From IMG/VR virus record IMGVR_UViG_3300046536_000256, positions 169,284 through 233,283 of that record: a stretch of 64,000 nt of DNA; one strand, given 5' to 3'. A model generated the notes under the pieces. That model worked only from the letters and a program-made list of their open reading frames with translations. It was not told the DNA's origin and ran no database searches. The position numbers and the translations under genes are program-made. Within the stretch, counting starts at the first letter, position 1. Each line of letters begins with the position of its first letter. This document shows, piece by piece, positions 57,816 to 64,000 of the stretch.

Positions 57816-58346
57816 CTATCTCGGGGTTTTAGTGGCAAGGTACTGCCACGGTCCATTGGTCCAGAACGTATAGTTATCCGGAAGCTCGATAAAGATCAAA
57901 CCGATCGCAACATCGAGGGTGGTGTCGCCGTGCTGGTACCGAACCGTTACCTTTTGTTTATTGCTCCTAGCTCTACCAACTAAGGTTACCTTGTAATAAA
58001 CAGGCGCGCCTTCTTGTTTCGCCGAGGGGTGTTGTTGCCAGACTTCTTTACCAGAGTAATCCTCCAGCAACTTCCGCATCCGCGCCCGCGCTTCGTTACG
58101 ACCACGAAGCTGGATCTTCACTTCAGCCTGACGTTCCAAGTGGAGGTTAGTGTTGAACTTGCGTACGTGCCACTGGAGGCGGCTGACAGAACGAACGGAA
58201 TCTAGGTGAGGATAATCGAAGCTGCTTTCTTCACCGGCCTTGGCCAGAGCGAGGAGATCGTCATACATCTCACGACTAAGTACAACCTGATGAGGGTCGT
58301 TATTCACTTTCATGATCGCCCCCGATAACTTGGACCGCGGGCGCAC
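57816..58346 (-). CDS. hypothetical protein
   Basis: 176-aa ORF; the true start is probably MKVNNDP. Confidence 0.65.
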   Translation of the reverse strand: MRPRSKLSGAIMKVNNDPHQVVLSREMYDDLLALAKAGEESSFDYPHLDSVRSVSRLQWHVRKFNTNLHLERQAEVKIQLRGRNEARARMRKLLEDYSGKEVWQQHPSAKQEGAPVYYKVTLVGRARSNKQKVTVRYQHGDTTLDVAIGLIFIELPDNYTFWTNGPWQYLATKTPR

Positions 58347-58692
58347 GATTAAACGCGAAGTCCTGAAGAGGAATACCCAACAGGAATTGACGCAGCGCTG
58401 TTTTGGTCAGGCGGAAGTCACGATTGCCATCCTCGAACTCCGCCACTGGCTTAACCCGCAGGGTGTGAGTAAACACATCGCGCACAATCTCGATCTCGGC
58501 GATGGGGTTACCCTTCTTACCCTCGATCTTGATCACAGTACGCCCGTCGATGTTGTAGTCGTTGTACGTGAGCACAAAGCTGGAAACGACATACTTTTGT
58601 TTCGACGGATGGATAGCCTTGATAGCCTGAGCCAACGCAGCACACTTCTCAAACTCGGACAGGCGCTCGTTGCCATATGGAAGTTCTTTCAT
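58300..58692 (-). CDS. hypothetical protein
   Basis: 130-aa ORF. Confidence 0.65.
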   Translation of the reverse strand: MKELPYGNERLSEFEKCAALAQAIKAIHPSKQKYVVSSFVLTYNDYNIDGRTVIKIEGKKGNPIAEIEIVRDVFTHTLRVKPVAEFEDGNRDFRLTKTALRQFLLGIPLQDFAFNRAPAVQVIGGDHESE

Positions 58693-58694
58693 AA

Positions 58695-59276
58695 TTACAT
58701 GTCCGCTCGTGAGTAAGCCTCAGACAGATCGCCTTGTAGCGTTTCGACTTGATCTTCCAACTCTTTGATACGAGCCTGAAGTTCAAGGACCTGAGCCTGG
58801 AGAACCTTCTCGTTGCCCAGCGACGCTTCCAGATGACGAGACAGCCAGCGGATACGTTCTTTGCCGGCAGTGAGATAAACAATAGACGAAGGCTTACCCG
58901 ACATGATCGCCCGGTGTTTGTCGTCCGAACTCATGTCGCCATAAAGGAACACTTCGTTTGCCAGCTCGTCATCGGTGTGATCACCCAGACATAGATCGCC
59001 ACGTTCTTTGTTGATCAGGTTAGGGAACGTATCTTCCCGACCCTCTAGGAACCAACGCGACGAAGGAGTAGGTCCCGCCAACAAGACAGGTACACCCAGT
59101 TCAGCCAAGACATTCGCCCGAGTACTGGATTTGGTGATTTCGAGAACTTGCTCGAAGCTCAACTCTGGCATACGAAACTCCTCACCACGAATACGAAGAG
59201 TACGGCCTTTAACTGGATTAGGACGATCGCCCATGAAATAATTCCTTGTGCACAAATAAGGTTGAAAGCCCTCCAT
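58695..59276 (-). CDS. hypothetical protein with C-terminal coiled coil
   Basis: 193-aa ORF; DDELANEVF and KERIRWLSRHL motifs. Confidence 0.7.
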   Translation of the reverse strand: MEGFQPYLCTRNYFMGDRPNPVKGRTLRIRGEEFRMPELSFEQVLEITKSSTRANVLAELGVPVLLAGPTPSSRWFLEGREDTFPNLINKERGDLCLGDHTDDELANEVFLYGDMSSDDKHRAIMSGKPSSIVYLTAGKERIRWLSRHLEASLGNEKVLQAQVLELQARIKELEDQVETLQGDLSEAYSRADM

Positions 59277-59303
59277 CCCCGGTTAGGAGGACAGAGGGAT
59301 AGA

Positions 59304-60119
59304 TCAGGCAGTTGCTAATAACGTGGTTTGTTCCAGACGCTGAGCCAGTTGCTGGCGCTCGCGGGCGTTCATATGTTCAACGCAGCGAGGTGCAGCACGG
59401 CGGTCACGCTTTTCTTGCTTCTCGAGTACCCGCAGTGTGCGGTTGATTTGTGCTTTTGGATACTCGTTGAGGTCATACCCGTACACGTAGCCGTCAACAC
59501 TGATACGACAATCGTCGTGGTTCTCAGGGTCGAAGTAGATACGGCACGGCAGGTCCAGCTTATCGGCAGTACGAATGGTCGTCCGCAGGATAGTCAGGTC
59601 CTGGTGAACAGCACTCATGATCTTCGGGAAGAAGTCAGCGATGATAGCCGCAGTCTTCTCGTAGATACGAGGGCCTTTGATCAGGTTGTTGGTCAGCAGT
59701 TCGAAGACTGCTTCTTCGATGGTTATCGACGAACGCGGGATGTAGAAGGTAAACGATACGCTACCCCGCACAACAACGTAATGCGTCCGTTCAGTACACC
59801 CGATGGTGATCAAACGGAAGTCACCCTTATTACCCTCGATCATGCCATACGAAATGATCGGGTGTTCCAGTACAACCTTCAGCACGCGATCCGCTGGATC
59901 TTCATGCAGATGAGCGCGGAAGGTTGGTTTACCCGTACGCGTGACTACCCCCAACGTACGTTCTTCCGTGGACTGCGCGAAATCGTTATCGATGCCGAGG
60001 TCCGACAGCAACGAGAAAGCTTCGTCATCACACGGATGATTGGTAGCTTGCAAAACAATTGCGAGAGGACTCGCGACATAGTTGTGGCTGATCTGATTTT
60101 TCTTAGCTTGAGACTGCAT
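59304..60119 (-). CDS. hypothetical protein
   Basis: 271-aa ORF with AGGAG RBS. Confidence 0.75.
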   Translation of the reverse strand: MQSQAKKNQISHNYVASPLAIVLQATNHPCDDEAFSLLSDLGIDNDFAQSTEERTLGVVTRTGKPTFRAHLHEDPADRVLKVVLEHPIISYGMIEGNKGDFRLITIGCTERTHYVVVRGSVSFTFYIPRSSITIEEAVFELLTNNLIKGPRIYEKTAAIIADFFPKIMSAVHQDLTILRTTIRTADKLDLPCRIYFDPENHDDCRISVDGYVYGYDLNEYPKAQINRTLRVLEKQEKRDRRAAPRCVEHMNARERQQLAQRLEQTTLLATA

Positions 60120-60145
60120 GCTACCGCTCCTTAGTTAAATGCCTG

Positions 60146-60667
60146 TTACAACCACTTGATGCTAACGCTGCTGGGGCCAACACTTTCTTCTGGGTTTTTG
60201 ACATCGTTAAATGGATGCGTCATCCGGGTGCTGGACTTGTTGGTGTTCAGCACTTCGATTTCCCCACACAGTTCCATTTGAACGTTGTCCAGAATACGGT
60301 GTTCCTGTGTAATATGTGCGTCCCAGACTAATTTGTCTGTTGTGAGAGTTGCAGGCTTGACAACGCGCTCCTGGCCTTCGAAAACAGGTCGGTACACAAA
60401 GAAGTTCATGTGAGGGAGTTTATCCTTCTCAAAGAACCTCGCAACATTAGGGAAAACCCCAACGAAGCATGCCTCAACCGTAGGAGATACTGAAATCGCC
60501 TTCATAGGAGGCTCTGGATACGCCCAGGAGGAATCTTCCGCCTCCCCAGGTGTATCTGAGCCTGCCTGTGTCCCCGGCGTCCAGTTCCCCTCTAGGTCTC
60601 CATTAAAGCTGATATGGTACAATTGGAGACCGCAGAGTAAACGGCTACGAACGAATCGAGGAGTCAT
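60146..60667 (-). CDS. hypothetical protein, possible ADP-ribosyltransferase-like fold
   Basis: LYHIS, ISVSPT and TQEH in strand-like contexts; the fold is an inference. Confidence 0.6.
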   Translation of the reverse strand: MTPRFVRSRLLCGLQLYHISFNGDLEGNWTPGTQAGSDTPGEAEDSSWAYPEPPMKAISVSPTVEACFVGVFPNVARFFEKDKLPHMNFFVYRPVFEGQERVVKPATLTTDKLVWDAHITQEHRILDNVQMELCGEIEVLNTNKSSTRMTHPFNDVKNPEESVGPSSVSIKWL

Positions 60668-61380
60668 TGCTCACGAACCTTTCGCAATCGCCGGAACATC
60701 TTGGCGCGTGTTTCGTCATCGAGACCAAGGCCCGACGGGATCTGGCCGATGTAGTCGGTGTGTTTCATTCGAAGCACAGGTACCGAGAGCGCTTCAATTT
60801 CTTCCTTCGTCAGCCCTTTGTTAAGGCCTCGTTCGGGGAACTTGAAACCTACGCTCTTGTTCGGGCTGGTGAGCGCCGAGACACTCGGTTCTTGTCCACG
60901 GCGGAAGCCACCGAGGAACGGTTTAACCACAACCACGTTCTTCGCTGGCTCTTGACCGGGGAACAACGGCTTACGGGAAACCGTACCAGAGCTGTGGTGA
61001 TACCACGGGCGACTGAAGTCAGCAATCTTCCCCCGCAGCTCCTGTCGGTTGATCTGCACACGATCCTGGTTAAGGATGCGTTGTGGTTCTTTGATGGCAA
61101 GGAAATCGTTAGGACGCGCGTAGTGTTGCTCGTCACGCTCCAGCTTGTACATCATGGTGACTTCACGCTGATACAGGTCGGCTTCATTATCCATCACGAC
61201 CTCACCGGCGAAATCACCGGCATAGTAGTAACGTGGCTGGGTGATCATCGCCTTGCGGCCATCGGTGCTTTCGCCAGCAACGTTGGTATCTTTAATAATA
61301 AACCCGCCAACCACCAATTGGTTAAAGCGGATCCCCAGACCGGTTGTGCTTTTCATAATAGTTCTCCAAGACCTTGTCAA
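60664..61380 (-). CDS. hypothetical protein
   Basis: 238-aa ORF; the true start is probably MKSTTG. Confidence 0.7.
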   Translation of the reverse strand: MTRSWRTIMKSTTGLGIRFNQLVVGGFIIKDTNVAGESTDGRKAMITQPRYYYAGDFAGEVVMDNEADLYQREVTMMYKLERDEQHYARPNDFLAIKEPQRILNQDRVQINRQELRGKIADFSRPWYHHSSGTVSRKPLFPGQEPAKNVVVVKPFLGGFRRGQEPSVSALTSPNKSVGFKFPERGLNKGLTKEEIEALSVPVLRMKHTDYIGQIPSGLGLDDETRAKMFRRLRKVREQ

Positions 61381-61564
61381 TATGTTCCCGAGAGGGATGA
61401 GTCATTTCGCGTTGCTTGCGACTTCTGTAATCAAAGCCACCGTTCCATACCACCCAGCCCGCCACAATAAGCCGACTCTGGATAAAGTACACCAGAGCAG
61501 GTTTGGGCCGGTTGTGGTAGTACATCTGATTCATTACAATCCCGAGTGTGTTAGCTAGCCTCAT
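61322..61564 (-). CDS. small hypothetical protein (uncertain)
   Basis: Fills the gap between neighbours; start uncertain. Confidence 0.4.
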   Translation of the reverse strand: MRLANTLGIVMNQMYYHNRPKPALVYFIQSRLIVAGWVVWNGGFDYRSRKQREMTHPSREHIDKVLENYYEKHNRSGDPL

Positions 61565-62334
61565 TTTAATGCTTCTTGCTTAAACAGTTCGTTGACGTTG
61601 ATCTTGATACCCTCAACTTCACGACCAGTGGGGACCTTGTTACCTTGGTCATCTATCAAGTACGAACCATCGGCGTTGCGAGTGTATTCGGGAATCATCA
61701 GCTTACCGGCATAAGCACCCCATCCATTTGCAACGTCACTCTTGCGAATGTCGTTACCTTGAACACGTGCGATAACCGGATCATTCACTTGTCGCCAAAA
61801 GTAGTGCGCGACAACCGCTTTGACGTATTCCTTGGAAGGCAGTACCCATGACGCAGCCTTCGTGTGGAACCGTTTGTATTCCTTATCCGCCAAGATCCAG
61901 ATAACCTTACCGGCAACAACCAAACCACCGTTGTCGAAACCCAAATAAGGTTGACCTCGTTTCTTACTCATGACCAGAGCGCCCTTGGCGATCGCGTAAT
62001 CACTCGATACACCTTGCTTCACCTGAACGTAGCCGTTCTGCGGCGTTTCCGTGACACGCACGTAAGCACCCCAGAGCTCGTTGATTTCCTCTTGGCTGAG
62101 ATATACATCGTAAACAGAACGAGCTTCGAGGTAAGGTATATTACTCAGAAGCTGGTTGAGGTCAGGCTGATAACCATGACGACCCCAGTCAATGTGTCCA
62201 ACGGTCCCCACGTTAACCGCTGGAGCACGTCTAGAGGCCCCGGTGTAGTACAGAATCTTCTCCTCTTCCGGTGACAACGGGTTACGAAGAAGAGCCTCTA
62301 GGGAAAGAGAAGACTTGCCAATTGAATTATTCAT
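61561..62334 (-). CDS. hypothetical protein carrying an EF-Tu G1-like peptide
   Basis: 257 aa; contains VNVGTVGHIDWGR; no other GTPase motifs. Confidence 0.75.
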   Translation of the reverse strand: MNNSIGKSSLSLEALLRNPLSPEEEKILYYTGASRRAPAVNVGTVGHIDWGRHGYQPDLNQLLSNIPYLEARSVYDVYLSQEEINELWGAYVRVTETPQNGYVQVKQGVSSDYAIAKGALVMSKKRGQPYLGFDNGGLVVAGKVIWILADKEYKRFHTKAASWVLPSKEYVKAVVAHYFWRQVNDPVIARVQGNDIRKSDVANGWGAYAGKLMIPEYTRNADGSYLIDDQGNKVPTGREVEGIKINVNELFKQEALK

Positions 62335-62795
62335 TACTGCCCCAGAACGTCGTTCATGATTTTGATGGTGAGCCGAAGTTTCCCTAGGTTCTCTTCCGTC
62401 TCCGGATAGTCCCGTGGGATCAACTTGATCTCCTTGGCCGCCGAGAAGACCTGTGGTCCCGTGCCGGTCAGCAACATCACCTTGAGGATCTGATCCCGCG
62501 TCCCTTGGTGCGGCTGATTGTGCACGTTGTGCGTAGGGAACAGAATCGGTCTGCCCTCCCGGGCTTCAGCAACCGCCTGCATGATCCAGCGGTTGTAGTC
62601 GGGGTACTTCAACATCAAAGGAACCAAGTAACGCTCGTAGGCCTTCTTGAACAAAGGACCTGGTTCATCAGCGGCGTTCTTTGGAACAGCTTCGCCCTTT
62701 GTCAGCGAAATAAAGTTAAAAGCTATGTCTTTGGTTTCATTCAACAGGTCGTAACACTGTGCATCGTTTAAAGGCTGACCCATTATTAACTCCAA
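62334..62795 (-). CDS. hypothetical protein
   Basis: 153-aa ORF. Confidence 0.7.
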   Translation of the reverse strand: MELIMGQPLNDAQCYDLLNETKDIAFNFISLTKGEAVPKNAADEPGPLFKKAYERYLVPLMLKYPDYNRWIMQAVAEAREGRPILFPTHNVHNQPHQGTRDQILKVMLLTGTGPQVFSAAKEIKLIPRDYPETEENLGKLRLTIKIMNDVLGQ

Positions 62796-63041
62796 TTATT
62801 TAGCGACGTAGTCGGGCATGGGGAGTCCCAGGAAATGATTACGGATGGCTTCCTCCAACCATTCCTCATGACCTGGTTCCCCGTGTCTAATCTTTTCAAA
62901 CAATGCAGGGATCAATTTCAGCAAAGCAACAGCTTTATCTCCACAATCGTCAACATCTCGATCGTGAGACTTAGCGAAACCAATGGTGTAACCTAAATCG
63001 TCAATGACTTGGTCGATGTGCTCTTGTAATTCCTGCGACAT
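62796..63041 (-). CDS. small hypothetical protein
   Basis: 81-aa ORF with AGGA RBS. Confidence 0.7.
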   Translation of the reverse strand: MSQELQEHIDQVIDDLGYTIGFAKSHDRDVDDCGDKAVALLKLIPALFEKIRHGEPGHEEWLEEAIRNHFLGLPMPDYVAK

Positions 63042-63065
63042 AACTGATCCTAATTGCGGGTAGAG

Positions 63066-63488
63066 TTATATCATGAGCGGTAAAGAGGAAAAGAAAGGCC
63101 TTAGTGCTGCGGCGAATTGAACAGCGCTTGCCCGTTTGTCCTTCTTCAGTGCCTGGTCCAACAACTGCCAAGCGTGTTCATAATCCCGGCAAGAACCAGT
63201 GGTTAGATACGTGGTGTGGCGATTGGAGGCGAGCCAATAGTAACGTGTTTGCGCACCGTCACTAATCGAGACCAGTCGGTTTCCGTCGCATTCAGTCACC
63301 GCGTAAAACGTAATGGGGTTCTTCAGTCCATGGCGCAACGTGATGTACTTATTCATTACGTGATGCCGACGCAGCAGTGTACTGGAAATACTGGTGGGAA
63401 TGCCGAGTCGTTTACTGACCGTCAGTTGACGGGTGGACTGTCTGAACTTTGGGAAAACGCCGGTTACCAGATACTCTTTTGAAAGCAT
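63066..63488 (-). CDS. hypothetical protein
   Basis: 140-aa ORF; the true start may be internal (MNKYITL). Confidence 0.6.
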   Translation of the reverse strand: MLSKEYLVTGVFPKFRQSTRQLTVSKRLGIPTSISSTLLRRHHVMNKYITLRHGLKNPITFYAVTECDGNRLVSISDGAQTRYYWLASNRHTTYLTTGSCRDYEHAWQLLDQALKKDKRASAVQFAAALRPFFSSLPLMI

Positions 63489-63507
63489 GGCGTCACCTCC
63501 TGGGTGG

Positions 63508-63999
63508 TTAGTTGATTATCGTACGTTCCTGGCTCTTTGGATCGTCAGGGGTCTGTTGTTTATCGAGTGGTTGACAGAACCCGCCGTAAGTCGCCATAGC
63601 CATACCCTTGTCCATTACAAAGGCGTACTTCAGTGCGGGTTTGAGAATCTGTGTACCCCGTTCACCGTCAGAGAAACGGTAACCGATCCATTTCGGCTCA
63701 GCGTCCATGAGGATGTCGAGCCTGGAACCAGGAAGATTGATGGTGGTAACTTCCTGTACGTTGCTTTCCTGCACCCAACGCTGACCCCAAAGGGAATAAG
63801 CCGGGTAACTGTAAGTACGTTTGCCAGTGATGGTGAGGTTGCCCACCTTCAATGAGCAATCACGGGAATCAGAATACCGACTGATCACCAGATCCCGTTG
63901 GATGTACGCGTAAGCTGCAATGCCGAACACAGCAACGATCATGATGTTGACTGCCCAGATCAACAGACGCAAACGAAGACGTTGACCGCGGAGTCGTTT
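63508..63999 (-). CDS. membrane-anchored/periplasmic protein, 5'-truncated
   Basis: The frame is open to the window edge (KRLRGQRLRLR then a hydrophobic helix, then a soluble domain). Confidence 0.65.
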   Translation of the reverse strand, partial: KRLRGQRLRLRLLIWAVNIMIVAVFGIAAYAYIQRDLVISRYSDSRDCSLKVGNLTITGKRTYSYPAYSLWGQRWVQESNVQEVTTINLPGSRLDILMDAEPKWIGYRFSDGERGTQILKPALKYAFVMDKGMAMATYGGFCQPLDKQQTPDDPKSQERTIIN

Positions 64000-64000
64000 G

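Noticed and set aside
1-64000. CRISPR array, tRNA or rRNA genes
   Set aside because: No regularly spaced direct repeats, and no cloverleaf or T-loop signatures in any intergenic gap inspected.
1-64000. Stop-codon reassignment
   Set aside because: Long genes are intact under the standard code and coding density is high.

Overview
This is a 64-kb segment of a phiKZ-related jumbo myophage genome (Chimalliviridae-like; the assignment rests on protein motifs and synteny). The core block holds the prohead protease, three subunits of the split multisubunit virion RNA polymerase (beta N-part, the beta' part carrying the catalytic aspartates, and beta C-part), a 2685-aa tail tape-measure/muralytic protein, a RecA/UvsX homologue, an RNase H-fold protein, an SNF2-like helicase with an intein, virion structural genes and a tail-fibre locus. 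Two blocks of small minus-strand accessory genes (about 42.8-48.5 kb and 57.2-64 kb) follow. Regulatory signals include six copies of a TATATTAC-type early promoter and a family of long intergenic palindromes. The most notable observations are: a class-3 (Ala1, WCT) intein in the helicase Walker A motif; an EF-Tu P-loop-like peptide in an unrelated small protein; an RNase H-fold protein that appears to lack its catalytic aspartates; an HNH cassette flanked by duplicated sequence; two convergent paralogous tandem-domain tail-associated proteins; a tape measure with both GH19 and M15-like domains; and a QueC-like/NUDIX gene pair. No tRNA, rRNA, CRISPR array or reverse transcriptase was seen. All homology calls come from motif recognition by eye, not database searches.
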